Positions 39,290-49,900 are shown, counted from the first letter of the stretch. The stretch is DNA of 64,000 nt from Desulfatiglandales bacterium (GCA_963667015.2 CAXXJJ010000004.1:1280001-1344000), one strand, 5' to 3'. The notes: generated by a model not told the origin, from the sequence alone. Made by a program: numbers and translations.

Positions 39290-39350
39290 TTCCCAAAAAA
39301 CACAATTTAAATTATCTATTGCCAAACTCCCCGGTTGATAGAATTTCTTC

Positions 39351-39620
39351 TTAATTCACAGCATCTTTCAATGCCTTTCCGGCAGAAAACTTTGGAACAT
39401 TCTTTGCCTTGATCTTGATCTCTTCACCTGTCTGCGGGTTCCGGCCTTTTCTGGCCTTCATTTTGGTCACCTTAAAGGTACCAAAGCCAACCAGTGTAAC
39501 AGTTCCCTTCTTTTTTAACGTTTTTGTGATAGTATCAAAAATACAATCTACCACTGCCTGTGCCTCTTTTTTTGTACTTACAGTCTTTGCCACCTCATTG
39601 ATCAGATCACCCTTATTCAT
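39351..39620 (-). CDS. hup: HU family DNA-binding protein
   Basis: MNKGDLI...VTLVGFGTFKV...ARKGRNPQTGEEIKIKA...KFSAGKALKDAV; start 39620 after GGAGG. Confidence 0.95.
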   Translation of the reverse strand: MNKGDLINEVAKTVSTKKEAQAVVDCIFDTITKTLKKKGTVTLVGFGTFKVTKMKARKGRNPQTGEEIKIKAKNVPKFSAGKALKDAVN

Positions 39621-40074
39621 ATTATACCCTCCATAAAAGTTAATTAATAACACCGACAAAATTACTGTGATTTTTTAAAAGTATATCAGGCTTTTTCAAT
39701 CATACAGCTATTATTCTGCATGATTATTTTACTGCAAATAATATATTTTTAAAAAAGTTCTAAAATTCTAATTTAATATGCAAGAAAGAGTGTAACTCCT
39801 ACAATAATACGCAAGACATACAGGTAAGATTTGAGATACACAATAAATGATAAATAAAAAAAACACAAATAATATTTAACAGGCTGGTCCGGTTTTAATA
39901 CCGGTTAAAGTTCAGGGTCAGAGTTCTCATATAACGGCCTGATTTTACTATCCATGGCAGCTGGTTACAAATAATACCCTGTTCCCCCGGGCTGATTGGG
40001 GAACGTTATCTAAGAGCTGCCTTAAATTATTGCCCACCCGGAAATAAATATTTTCCGGATGGAGCATCACAAGG

Positions 40075-40833
40075 CTATTCAAGTCCGGGGAACTGTATAT
40101 ACATAGTGGCCCCGCGCCACAGAGGAATAGCTTCCTCATCTTCTGAATCGAAGGTCTGTTCACTGTTTGCCAGTGCCACAGATGCATAGTGCCCTTCAGT
40201 GCTTATGGTTGCACATTTAAGAACAATCTCCCTCCAGTTTTCGGGCGGTTCGGCATGAGCCTCCGGATAACGGGTTACCCTGACAACAACCCACTCCGGC
40301 TCCTTGCTGTCACCAATAAACCAGATAGAAGGATCTATCTCGGGATTACCCTGCCAGGACATGAGCTGATAGCCTTTATTTTCAAGGTACTCCCGGACAA
40401 CCTGAACGGCCATATCATGCAACTCCCATGGAGTCATTTCAATCTTCTCATCAGTGGCCAGAGATAATGGATCGACTGGATTTCCTGTTGATGCATCAAT
40501 TAAGCCCCATCCGACGGAGACAGGTATCCATTCATCACCGGTATCTTTCCTCCTCATGGGCATGATACACGCATGGCCATTATTCCCTTCAGCAACAGCG
40601 AACAGGCCCTCAATTGTCCCTGGACCTTCAACTATACCATCGACATCTTCAACACGTATAAAGAACAACTGGTTGCCGACCCTGAAAGATAGGTGCTCTG
40701 TATAAGGAGGATATGGATGGGCCCTGATCCAGGAAATTGTATCTTCCCTGCCCTGACTGTTCAAATATAAAGCCGCAGCCTCCCAGCAATTGAAAAATTC
40801 TTCGGACATCTTCTGCATTTCAACGTCGTACAT
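40075..40833 (-). CDS. hypothetical protein
   Basis: Start ATG 40833 after AGGAG; the track's upstream extension overlaps a TTGACA-16-TATATT promoter. No recognisable family. Confidence 0.7.
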   Translation of the reverse strand: MYDVEMQKMSEEFFNCWEAAALYLNSQGREDTISWIRAHPYPPYTEHLSFRVGNQLFFIRVEDVDGIVEGPGTIEGLFAVAEGNNGHACIMPMRRKDTGDEWIPVSVGWGLIDASTGNPVDPLSLATDEKIEMTPWELHDMAVQVVREYLENKGYQLMSWQGNPEIDPSIWFIGDSKEPEWVVVRVTRYPEAHAEPPENWREIVLKCATISTEGHYASVALANSEQTFDSEDEEAIPLWRGATMYIQFPGLE

Positions 40834-41087
40834 TTTTTCTCCTAACTTTGGAAAACAATTAATAATGTTTGGATTAATTAAAAACCCCTCAGCCTTCAAT
40901 GGGGCAGTTCTGTTATAGACTCTCTGGATTTTGCCTGTCCAGAAGTTAGAATATAGAGTTTTGGACGGGTGTGTCAAGGATGTTGCGAAGGTATAATAAG
41001 AACATTATGCACGGGAGGAAAAAAGGTTAGAATCCGGAAAAATCTTTTTCAGTTTAATCTTTATTATTTTGATATTCATCAGCAGAT

Positions 41088-41297
41088 TTAAATTGATGAT
41101 TTAATCACCGTTTCCAGCAATGTGTTATATTCTTCATCTGTGTGATCTTTCATTATACGGCCGATAATTCTTTTGGATATCGTCTCTGTCCTGGTGCGCC
41201 CATATCTGTTCCTTGAGCTGTAGAAATATATGACATTATCGCCGTACTCAACGTGATCTATTTTGTCTGTCCCCTTCTGGATTGATTTCATTATCAT
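41088..41297 (-). CDS. small hypothetical protein
   Basis: RBS GGGGAG, 69 aa, protein-like composition. Confidence 0.55.
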   Translation of the reverse strand: MIMKSIQKGTDKIDHVEYGDNVIYFYSSRNRYGRTRTETISKRIIGRIMKDHTDEEYNTLLETVIKSSI

Positions 41298-41535
41298 TTT
41301 TTATCTCCCCATGGTGTTTAGACCATTCAGCCTGCTCCGTTTGCTGTTTAAGGCGAATATTTACCCCGAGTTTTCACCTCTAAATCACATATCGGCAATC
41401 TACCCTATTTTATTAATTTTTTATGGTGAAGAGCAGGGCCTGATAGCCGGCCTCCTGCAGCGGGACAGTTCATTCCTGAAAGGTTGCGGGAGATGAGAAA
41501 AGTATATCCTGGATTTAGACAGTATTCATAAAGAC

Positions 41536-41574
41536 AGGATACCCGGACTTCCTGCTTCTAAGTCCGGGTATCCT
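41536..41574 (-). terminator. terminator hairpin after the lipoprotein gene
   Basis: AGGATACCCGGACTT...AAGTCCGGGTATCCT 15-bp inverted repeat. Confidence 0.75.
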
Positions 41575-41596
41575 AATGTTCACGCTCCCGTTGCGA

Positions 41597-43507
41597 TTAT
41601 TCTTCCGGTATACACAATCCAATGGTGATAACTTCTGCTGTCAGGGTAGAGGTTGCATCATCAAACTGCCCCACAATATTGCATCGTCTGGCGAGATAAC
41701 CTTCTCCTATAAACTCTTCCACTGCATCTGTAAAGCCTTCAAAATCCGAATAAACTTCTGCTGTCCCATCGTGGTTCAGGGTATAGAATCCTTCTCCGCC
41801 TTCATCCGGAATCACTGTCGGTGCCTCCGGGAGGTCCAGGAGATCGCTCACAACATGACCCCTTACCAGTTGATGCAGTCTGCCAACGCCCTCCAGATTC
41901 AGGACAAGGCTTTCCGCAGATATTTCGGTAAAAGGTGTTTCTGTTGCCGGATCCCAGCTTATTTTAAGGAAGGTCTTGATGTCTGTGTCATCTATCAGGG
42001 TATAGGCAGAAAAATCAGCCGGGGCCGCGCCAAAGGGCTCAACAAATCCCTTTAATTTGACAGGTGCATCTTCATAGATGTCACTCAGATCCATAGTACC
42101 TGTAAAGATCTCATAATATTCAGGGTCTGCATCATTTTCAGTTTCGGTTCCTGTTCCGGTAAAATCAAACAGGTCTGCCTGGAATTTACCTATGGACTGC
42201 AGGTCAATATCAAGCTGGGCCAGCTGATCAGTCTCATCAACCGAATTTACTGTTCCCCGAACCGTTGTCAGCATCATACGTACATAACCGGAAGAGGCAT
42301 CAAGCATCACGGTTTGAGGGTCTGTATCGGACATGGTCATATTGCCGAAGGCAGTAATATGCTGACCGATTGAGATATCATATTTATCATAGGTATCGCT
42401 GCCGGTCTGACGGGTTACTACAGTTTCATCGCCTATGAGAAGGGTAACCTGGTCATTGAAGGAAAAGCGGTTTCCCCTGCGGACCAGGCTTGCGCCCTTA
42501 ACGGTCAGGGTGTCGCCAGAACGTTCGGTTACCCAGCCGCTTATAACATCCAGATTGGCGCCCGGAACACTGGAACCTGCATAAACCTCAGTTGCTTCAA
42601 AACGCAGAGGATCAAACTTCAGCTCTCCTATGGCAACAACCGGTGCAAGACTATCCAGACCGTCCATTGCGGCTAATCCGTCATTCCCTTCGTATGAGAC
42701 ATTATCGATATTGAACAGGGTTTCATCCGTGGTAATTACAGACCGGTCGCCAAAAAGTTTATGGGTATCTGCCAGCGAACAGTAGAAGGGGCGAAGAATG
42801 ACTGAAAAGGAACCGCCGTCAATATCAACATTATCCAGCAACCCCCTGATGCGGTGGGATTTATTTACATTCGTAAAATCTACATCCGCCACCAGAAAAG
42901 GCTCAACTGTAAGTGCTGGAGCTGCCGGATTTGCAAAGTCCACATGGTTTGAGGCCTGTAAATCAAAATCCAGCATTAAATGAACAGGTATACCCGGTGC
43001 TATGGTTAACCTGCTTCTGCCTTCCAGCTGTACTGTTATCTCCAGGGTTGAAACCGGGGCTCCTTCTTCATCCTGGACACTTGCTACCTGTAAAATTGCT
43101 CCTGTTTCATCCTCCACGCGGATATCTGCAGACTCATAGTCAAGGGTCATGGTGGCGGATACATAGGTTCCTGATGGCACGGTTGCGACGGTGAGAAACT
43201 CGGTCATTTCCGTATACTGTGCAAAATCTATACTCGTGGAAAGGGGCAGCACCGATACCACTTCACCATTAGCCCTTGTCAGAGTCAGGGAAAGGACATC
43301 TACTGTATAGGTAGAATAATCACCAGCTGCGTCAGTCAGGCTGACAACCAGATCTCCTGATTCTACTTCACTGGCTGTAACCGGGGTTGTAACTGAGGCT
43401 GCGTCCGATGAGTCACCATCTCCGCAGCCCCAAAGCCCGAATGAAAGAGAAGAAAGCAGAATAAATAAAAATAAAAAAGAATTAAATGTGTTTCGAATTG
43501 CATACAT
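41597..43507 (-). CDS. large acidic lipoprotein, DUF4382-like N-terminal domain
   Basis: Lipobox LWGC, LVVSLTDA motif, MLDFDLQASN; beta-rich repeats. Confidence 0.72.
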   Translation of the reverse strand: MYAIRNTFNSFLFLFILLSSLSFGLWGCGDGDSSDAASVTTPVTASEVESGDLVVSLTDAAGDYSTYTVDVLSLTLTRANGEVVSVLPLSTSIDFAQYTEMTEFLTVATVPSGTYVSATMTLDYESADIRVEDETGAILQVASVQDEEGAPVSTLEITVQLEGRSRLTIAPGIPVHLMLDFDLQASNHVDFANPAAPALTVEPFLVADVDFTNVNKSHRIRGLLDNVDIDGGSFSVILRPFYCSLADTHKLFGDRSVITTDETLFNIDNVSYEGNDGLAAMDGLDSLAPVVAIGELKFDPLRFEATEVYAGSSVPGANLDVISGWVTERSGDTLTVKGASLVRRGNRFSFNDQVTLLIGDETVVTRQTGSDTYDKYDISIGQHITAFGNMTMSDTDPQTVMLDASSGYVRMMLTTVRGTVNSVDETDQLAQLDIDLQSIGKFQADLFDFTGTGTETENDADPEYYEIFTGTMDLSDIYEDAPVKLKGFVEPFGAAPADFSAYTLIDDTDIKTFLKISWDPATETPFTEISAESLVLNLEGVGRLHQLVRGHVVSDLLDLPEAPTVIPDEGGEGFYTLNHDGTAEVYSDFEGFTDAVEEFIGEGYLARRCNIVGQFDDATSTLTAEVITIGLCIPEE

Positions 43508-43560
43508 GTGAACCTCCTGTCTTCAGGTAATAAAAATATTGATTCTAAAATTCATATATA

Positions 43561-43587
43561 AAACGTATGAAACCAATTAAGGTTACA
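43561..43587 (-). promoter_or_regulatory. ECF sigma-type promoter
   Basis: Minus strand TGTAAC-16 nt-CGTTT about 55 nt upstream of the lipoprotein start. Confidence 0.55.
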
Positions 43588-43922
43588 AACCGTCGATTAA
43601 ATTATTCTGCTACACAATACCAACCAATTAACCTCATCTAATCATATTTTAACTAATCATAACTTACACTGTCTATCCCCCTAATAAAAATCTTTTACCT
43701 GCTACGATAATACTGCACGATATTTGCAATATTATCCGGGAGATATTTTAAGTAGTTACTATCATTACCATAACATACTGCTTTAACTATATTTACGCCT
43801 GTTCAATACGGAATGCTTCCGGTGCAAAGGTTTAAAAAAGAAAAAACTGTACAGAAATGTGTACAATCGGTAGAAAAGGAGATCAATTCAATGACTGCAA
43901 AGGGTATAAGGAGTAACGTATC

Positions 43923-44099
43923 TCAGATCCGAATCTGCATTATTTCCATCTTTCCGAAGGAGCGGAGGCTATGGGAGGCGCCGGCGACCTGCCTGCAGAT
44001 GTGGCTGACTATCCGCTTGAATACCAGTATGTCAGGCATCAGGATATCGAAGAACGTCCTGTAAATGATACGATAGATATCGGAGCCTTTGAGCATTGA
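43923..44099 (+). pseudogene. 3' remnant of a secreted beta-helix/choice-of-anchor-Q-like protein gene
   Basis: SDPNLHYFHLSEGAEAMGGAG...YQYVRHQDIEERPVNDTIDIGAFEH*; in-frame TAA at 43914 upstream and no start. Confidence 0.5.
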
Positions 44100-44184
44100 T
44101 CAATTTACTGTATGGAGGAAAATATTATTTGTTTTTAAGTGAGAAAGAATATATATCAAATCGCCGAATTAAAAATAATGGAGT

Positions 44185-45393
44185 ATGAAAGCATTGACGA
44201 AACATGGATTTATAAAAAAAGTATCTTTTACAGTAATTGCATTTTTTATGCTGATCCCCTTAAAACTGTATGCGTCCACACAGGCTGATCCTGTACCCGA
44301 TGATTTATTCCCCGCGGTAAACAACCTTCTGGATTACGCGGAATCCTGTGATAAAGGGTCTCTCAACCTTGATCTGATCTCCAGGGTTCTTGACTTTATT
44401 GATGCACCTAAAGCGCTTGGTGAAACAATGAGCATGGGGGAACGTGACGGGGCTGTTTCCGATTACTATGAATTTTCTGTAAACAGGTCTCTCGGAGAAG
44501 TGCTTGATCTGGCCTACAATCCTGATCTTCCTTCAAACCTGACCCTGCCCTCTTCCGTGAGACGCTCCCAGTGGATGAAACTTAATGATAAAAATGTTAC
44601 CTTGCCCAGGTTTTCAGATGAACTCTGCCACCTGGATAAACCTCTTATTATAAACGGAATCGAATATATAGAGAATTCACCGGATACATTCTCCGGTGCC
44701 TACTACGCCTATAATGTTGACAGGCTTTTGATACTGATAAAACACAATGGCCGGCCTGCCCTGATATCTGTTTCAAATCAAAGGGGTAAATCCGATGTGG
44801 GTAGGAAAGGCCTGATTCTCGGAGAAGACGAGGAATGGGACTACATTTATTCGGGCGAAAAGGGAACAACAATGCGGGGAACGGGCTGGGCCGACACCTT
44901 TATATATGATTCAGCCTCCATACTTGTTTATTATGAGTCAGAAGCAGACCCAGGACAGGTGAAATGCGGTGTTTTTAAATGGCTCAATGCCGGGTGGATA
45001 GGCATAAATCTTGTCAAACCTGCGCATATCCGAAAGGGTATGGAGCGTTTTGCCAAGGATTTCTGCAAAGTAGTTGAATCACCCTCCCTTGAAGATACGG
45101 AATTGCTTGTACAGGAGTATCAAAAAATACAATCCCTGCCGCTTGACGAGCTTAAGGCTATAACTGCAGCATATTACAATCAGAAAAACATCAACCGTTT
45201 CCAGATGGAAAATTCCCAATATAAAAGATGGATCAGGAAACTGTTTAAGGAAGATAATTACATTAACGGGTTGTCCCGTCAGGAATTAGAGGCCTTTGTA
45301 AGCATCCAGTACCTTAAATACAGGATGGGCAAATACAATTCCATTGAACCGGAATATTTTCCAGCGTCAAGTTTTGAGGAAAGATTAAATTAG
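44185..45393 (+). CDS. exported hypothetical protein
   Basis: 402-aa ORF with N-terminal signal peptide; RBS GGAG. Confidence 0.75.
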   Translation: MKALTKHGFIKKVSFTVIAFFMLIPLKLYASTQADPVPDDLFPAVNNLLDYAESCDKGSLNLDLISRVLDFIDAPKALGETMSMGERDGAVSDYYEFSVNRSLGEVLDLAYNPDLPSNLTLPSSVRRSQWMKLNDKNVTLPRFSDELCHLDKPLIINGIEYIENSPDTFSGAYYAYNVDRLLILIKHNGRPALISVSNQRGKSDVGRKGLILGEDEEWDYIYSGEKGTTMRGTGWADTFIYDSASILVYYESEADPGQVKCGVFKWLNAGWIGINLVKPAHIRKGMERFAKDFCKVVESPSLEDTELLVQEYQKIQSLPLDELKAITAAYYNQKNINRFQMENSQYKRWIRKLFKEDNYINGLSRQELEAFVSIQYLKYRMGKYNSIEPEYFPASSFEERLN

Positions 45394-45454
45394 GTTTCTG
45401 ATGAAAAGACCTGCATATATTCGGTCACAATTTTAAATTTCCTGTAAAACTTCC

Positions 45455-47476
45455 TTATTTTGTAAAAACCGGTCTGCGTTTTCCCAGAAAAGCAGACACA
45501 CCCTCTTTCAGGGCATCAATGCATGATATCTCACCTATGCATTTGTATGAAATCTCCATTGCCTTTTTAAAACTGTCCGCTGCGGCGCCCCCATTTATGG
45601 CGTTCGCAAGGATTCTCATTGCCTCGCTGCTTAGAGGCAGGTCACCTGCCATGGGCTCGGCAGGAGGTATGAACTCTGGCATATCCACAATACCGTCAGG
45701 TATTCTCGGAATCCGTCCGATGAGACGGTCAACCTCCTTTAAGGCAGCTTTAATCAGGTTCAGATACCCATCCGTAACACCGGTCACAATCCCCAGTTCA
45801 TAGGCCTCTTCACCTGTAAGTCTTTCCGCCTGTGCTACCATGGCATTTATTTTTGTGTGGGCATTCGGCCATTTCCTGTAGGGTATAACAGCGCCGCCCA
45901 TACCCGGGAAGATGCCCAGGGTGATTTCGGGAAGCTGGAAATAAGCATTTTTATCGACAACAATGCTGTGACAGCTTATTGCGAGTTCAAAACCGCCGCC
46001 CATTGCCAGCCCGTTTAGAGCGGCAACAACCGGTTTATTCATCCCGTTTATATATTCTATTACCTTGCTGTTTTTACGGCTCAGGCCCATGCCTGCTGAA
46101 TAATTACCGATTACAGGAAGAAGTCCGTTGATATCGGCGCCGGCACAGAATGCCCTTGTACCATAACCGGTTATTATAAAACCCTTTGTTGAAGGATCCC
46201 TCTCACCCTTCTTTAACTCTGACATTATCTCCCTGCATGTATGTATGCTCATGGAGTTTAAAACCTGGGGTCTCCTGATACTGATAATCTTTACCCCGTT
46301 AATATCATCCACAAGTATATCCCTTGGGAAACTGGTATAATTCTCTATTACATGTTTCGGAAGCGGGAAGCCGGGCCTTTCACGGTCAAAGTTTTCGATA
46401 ATACGTTTTACCTCCTCCTTGCCCAGATCAGCCATTATCTCAAACACACCCTTTTTAAAGGCAAGACCTATAATACTCCCCAGGTTCAGGTCTGAGCGGG
46501 TCCCTATTACCCTGTCTGCAATATCAAAACACTGTGAAAACACCAGGCCGAGAAGCCTGTCCCTAATCCACTCTCTTAAATCCTCCGGCATATTTACCTT
46601 TGTTCCGGGTTGATTTACCTTCCATTCATCCACAGAGATAAGTGAGGGAGATGGATTGTAACAGGCCCGTTCATTCAGCCGGCTTTTCATGGAGTCATAT
46701 ACTATCCTGTTGCCTCCTGTGAAATTCAGGACAAAGAAAGGTCCTGATGCCACGATCTCTTCAGCAACGCTGTCCACCTGAATACTCGTTGCCTTCTCAA
46801 GGAGAAAGGTCGCCTCACTTGACCAGCTTACAAAGATCCTGTTCAGCATGAATGAATAGACGTCTGCCGTCATCATGGGGATTTTGCCGGTACTGGCAAA
46901 AAACCACAGCAGATAATTTAAAAGCCTGTCAGAGGCCCCTTCCCAGTTGATTATTTCAACAGGAAGACTGCGCCAGGCAGGAGCAAAGAAATGGGTGATA
47001 GTGGTCCGGTCCGGGTGTTTTAATCCGCCAAATATCTCGCTGGCCGGTATACCGCTTGTATTTGAGGTAAGCATGGCATCGCTGGCAGTGATATCCTCAA
47101 GGGTATTGAATATATTTCGCTTAAGATCAAGGTTTTCTGTGGCTGCCTCGATAACAAGCCCGCAGTTTTTTATGTCGTTATAGTCTGTAGTATATACTAT
47201 GTTGCCAATAATCTTTTCGGCCACCCCGGGGGTAAGCTTTTTTTTCTGCAGGCCCTTTTCAGTATATTCCTTAATACGTTCTTCAGCCTTCTTCAACTGT
47301 TCCTCAACAACATCAACAAGGTACAGCTTTTTTTCAGGCAAAGCAGATCGCAGGTAGTAGGCTATGTCAGGGCCGATATGCCCCGCACCGATAACGGCAA
47401 TTTCATCCGGAAATGGGCGGTCAGGTTCAATTAGATAGGGGTTTCGATGGGACGGGTAAAGTTCATTTGTTTTCAT
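45455..47476 (-). CDS. 3-hydroxyacyl-CoA dehydrogenase / enoyl-CoA hydratase fusion
   Basis: IAVIGAGHIG, VIEAATENL, SNTS, HFFAP; C-term AFCAGADI, ALNGLAMGGGFELA, LPEITLGIFPG. Confidence 0.9.
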   Translation of the reverse strand: MKTNELYPSHRNPYLIEPDRPFPDEIAVIGAGHIGPDIAYYLRSALPEKKLYLVDVVEEQLKKAEERIKEYTEKGLQKKKLTPGVAEKIIGNIVYTTDYNDIKNCGLVIEAATENLDLKRNIFNTLEDITASDAMLTSNTSGIPASEIFGGLKHPDRTTITHFFAPAWRSLPVEIINWEGASDRLLNYLLWFFASTGKIPMMTADVYSFMLNRIFVSWSSEATFLLEKATSIQVDSVAEEIVASGPFFVLNFTGGNRIVYDSMKSRLNERACYNPSPSLISVDEWKVNQPGTKVNMPEDLREWIRDRLLGLVFSQCFDIADRVIGTRSDLNLGSIIGLAFKKGVFEIMADLGKEEVKRIIENFDRERPGFPLPKHVIENYTSFPRDILVDDINGVKIISIRRPQVLNSMSIHTCREIMSELKKGERDPSTKGFIITGYGTRAFCAGADINGLLPVIGNYSAGMGLSRKNSKVIEYINGMNKPVVAALNGLAMGGGFELAISCHSIVVDKNAYFQLPEITLGIFPGMGGAVIPYRKWPNAHTKINAMVAQAERLTGEEAYELGIVTGVTDGYLNLIKAALKEVDRLIGRIPRIPDGIVDMPEFIPPAEPMAGDLPLSSEAMRILANAINGGAAADSFKKAMEISYKCIGEISCIDALKEGVSAFLGKRRPVFTK

Positions 47477-47704
47477 GGAAATCTCCTTGATTTAACTTAA
47501 GTAACAGATGAGGTACTTCTGCCCCTGGTCCCGCTTCATGGGAATACTGGATAAGATCAATATAACAGATTGAGGATAAAAGATTTGCCTTTACATGTCA
47601 AACGATAGCAGCACTCATTTAAGGAGGAATATTTATGGATGAAGACCGCCGGAGTGCAGCCAAAGGACAATGAATATCCCGATGAATCGGGACATTGCGG
47701 ACTA

Positions 47705-47977
47705 TTATCCCCCATGAATGATGTATACAAGGTCTATCTTGTCCCCGTCATTTACCGGGGTATCAGTACAGGAATGAAATATGCTTTCACCGTTCAGGTA
47801 GACCTCAAAACGGTTCTGCATCTTACCTGCATCATCAATCAGCATGTTTTTAGTCATGGGATATTTATCGGTCAGGTACCTTAGGACCTCTCCGATCGTA
47901 CTGCCTTCGGCAGTGACGGTTTTTTCCCCTTCAAAATAAGATCTGAAAACACCCGCTATTTCGACTTCAACACTCAT
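47705..47977 (-). CDS. MoaD/ThiS family sulfur carrier
   Basis: Ubiquitin-like fold, VYLNGE, C-terminal GG; start 47977; adjacent to aor. Confidence 0.88.
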   Translation of the reverse strand: MSVEVEIAGVFRSYFEGEKTVTAEGSTIGEVLRYLTDKYPMTKNMLIDDAGKMQNRFEVYLNGESIFHSCTDTPVNDGDKIDLVYIIHGG

Positions 47978-47992
47978 ATCTTTTCCTCTAAT

Positions 47993-48030
47993 AAAAAAGG
48001 CCGCATTATTTTTAAACAATGCGGCCTTTT
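47993..48030 (-). terminator. intrinsic terminator between aor and moaD
   Basis: AAAAGGCCGCATT...AATGCGGCCTTTT with a U-tract on the minus strand. Confidence 0.75.
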
Positions 48031-48052
48031 AAGTCAATATATGCAGGATAAT

Positions 48053-49900
48053 TTACTTGTAGAGTTCCTGTGCAACAAAATCCATACCTAGTTCCTCAAG
48101 GGTCTCCTTTTTGGGTTTTCCTGTCTTTGTATCCCAGCCCATTGCCTCATAGTACTCTGTATAGATATCTTCGAGTTCCCATGTGATACCTGCCCTCGGG
48201 CCTACTGTCTTGGCAGGTTTTCCAAGCATCCTGTCAGGGAATTTCCATGGGGTGGTTATACCTTCACGCGCATTAAATGCCTGGCGCATGGTATTGATCC
48301 TGCGGCCGGTCTTTATGATCTCCTCACGATCCACATCCCATCCTGTAATGGTCTGAATGGCCTCTGTAAAGTACTCGGCTTTTCCGTAACCGTCGCCGTA
48401 GCATATCATGCATAGTCCGGCTGCATTATAATAGTTAGAAAAGGCGGAACCGATCATGTGGGGTACACCGCGTCCCTTAAAAGTTGTGGGATCATACTCG
48501 GGCATGGTTCCCGGAGGATGAGGCATCTCGCCGCTCATGGTATGACGTCCGGGTGTAGGTTCTGCACAGTATGCGATTGCAAATCCATGACCGCCCCTGG
48601 AATCATGAGCAGGGAACTCCTGACCACCGGCATGCATTGCATATTTATCAGATCCTTTTCCTATTTTCTCGGAAGCTACCTTTGTCCCGTCGGCAAGGAT
48701 GTCGCCAAAGCCTTCACGTTTACACAATTTTTCAAGAAGTGCTATAGCGGTTTTGTGGTCTCTCCACTTTAATTCCATACCGTCTGTATCATCTGTGGTT
48801 ATTAGGCCCTTTTCAAAACATTCCATGGCAAAACCAACTGCAGAACCGGCGCCGATTGTGTCTATACCGTAACGGTTACATATATCATTGGCCATGATTA
48901 TTGAATCAACATCGCCTACAAGCAGGTTTGTTCCGAACATTGCCTGGGTTTCATACTCGGGTTTGTGGGCATGCTCACCCCATTTATATTCTCCGGTAGG
49001 TGCCTTCATGATACCGCCGCATGCAATCGGGCAGCGATAACAGCCATATCGTCTTTCCTGCTGGGCTATGATCTGTGAACCGCCGATCTTGGCATAATCA
49101 GGCATATCGCCCTCGCCTGTTCCTGCCCAGTTCTTAAAGGGGGCATCATCAACCTTGGCACACATTTCGAGCATACCGCAGGTACCGAATTCCTGCATGA
49201 ATTTTACCATTGGCCCCATATCGCCCAGGTGTCTTTTCCTCATTGCCTTTGCAGCATCCTTGTCAGCAACAGGAATTTCCATGGTACCGTTTATGGCTAT
49301 GGCCTTAAGTTTTTTAGAACCCATTACAGCGCCAAGACCGGAACGTCCAGCTGCACGGCCCTTGTTATTCATAACAGCGGCAATAAGAGAAAGTTTTTCG
49401 CCGGAAGGTCCTATACAGGCGACTTCCAGCTTTTTACCGTGCCTGTCCCTGAGAATATCCTCTGTATCAAATGTGTCTTTACCCCATAAGTCTTCAGCAT
49501 CCTTAAGCTCTACCTTGCCGTTTTCAATATACAGATAAACCGGCTTCTCCGAGATTCCAGAAAAGAATACCGCATCGTATCCGGCAAACTTCAGGAACGG
49601 ACCGACATTCCCGCCAGAATTGGCATCGCCCCATCCGCCTGTAAGAGGAGATTTTCCAACCATAACATATCGGGAACCGCCTATGGCGTCCGTACCGGTA
49701 AGCATACCGGTTACAATACCCAGCATTGCGTCCGGTCCAAGTGGATCCACACCGGGTTTTTGTCTTTCAAAAAGGATCTTTGCGCCAAGACCATAACCAC
49801 CTACATATTCCCTGACGGTCTTTGCGTCCAGTTCCTCTTCTTTGAGCTGTTTTGTTGAAAGATCAACAAACAGCATTTTTCCCATAACTCCATTAGCCAT
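48053..49900 (-). CDS. aor: aldehyde:ferredoxin oxidoreductase (tungsten/molybdopterin)
   Basis: KSPLTGG...ANSGG, IGPSGE, AAGRSGLGAVMGSKKLKAI, CYRCPIAC, PEYET, CNRYGIDTI. Confidence 0.92.
   Translation of the reverse strand: MANGVMGKMLFVDLSTKQLKEEELDAKTVREYVGGYGLGAKILFERQKPGVDPLGPDAMLGIVTGMLTGTDAIGGSRYVMVGKSPLTGGWGDANSGGNVGPFLKFAGYDAVFFSGISEKPVYLYIENGKVELKDAEDLWGKDTFDTEDILRDRHGKKLEVACIGPSGEKLSLIAAVMNNKGRAAGRSGLGAVMGSKKLKAIAINGTMEIPVADKDAAKAMRKRHLGDMGPMVKFMQEFGTCGMLEMCAKVDDAPFKNWAGTGEGDMPDYAKIGGSQIIAQQERRYGCYRCPIACGGIMKAPTGEYKWGEHAHKPEYETQAMFGTNLLVGDVDSIIMANDICNRYGIDTIGAGSAVGFAMECFEKGLITTDDTDGMELKWRDHKTAIALLEKLCKREGFGDILADGTKVASEKIGKGSDKYAMHAGGQEFPAHDSRGGHGFAIAYCAEPTPGRHTMSGEMPHPPGTMPEYDPTTFKGRGVPHMIGSAFSNYYNAAGLCMICYGDGYGKAEYFTEAIQTITGWDVDREEIIKTGRRINTMRQAFNAREGITTPWKFPDRMLGKPAKTVGPRAGITWELEDIYTEYYEAMGWDTKTGKPKKETLEELGMDFVAQELYK

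Noticed and set aside
40834..40977. 48-aa N-terminal extension of the 300-aa ORF
   Set aside because: It begins at the TTG of a TTGACA-16-TATATT promoter; the RBS supports ATG 40833.
47621..47696. AAGGAGG + 12-codon ORF (MDEDRRSAAKGQ) and a TCCCGATGAATCGGGA hairpin
   Set aside because: Too short, and opposite to the flanking genes; the hairpin is adequately explained as the moaD 3' structure or a short REP.
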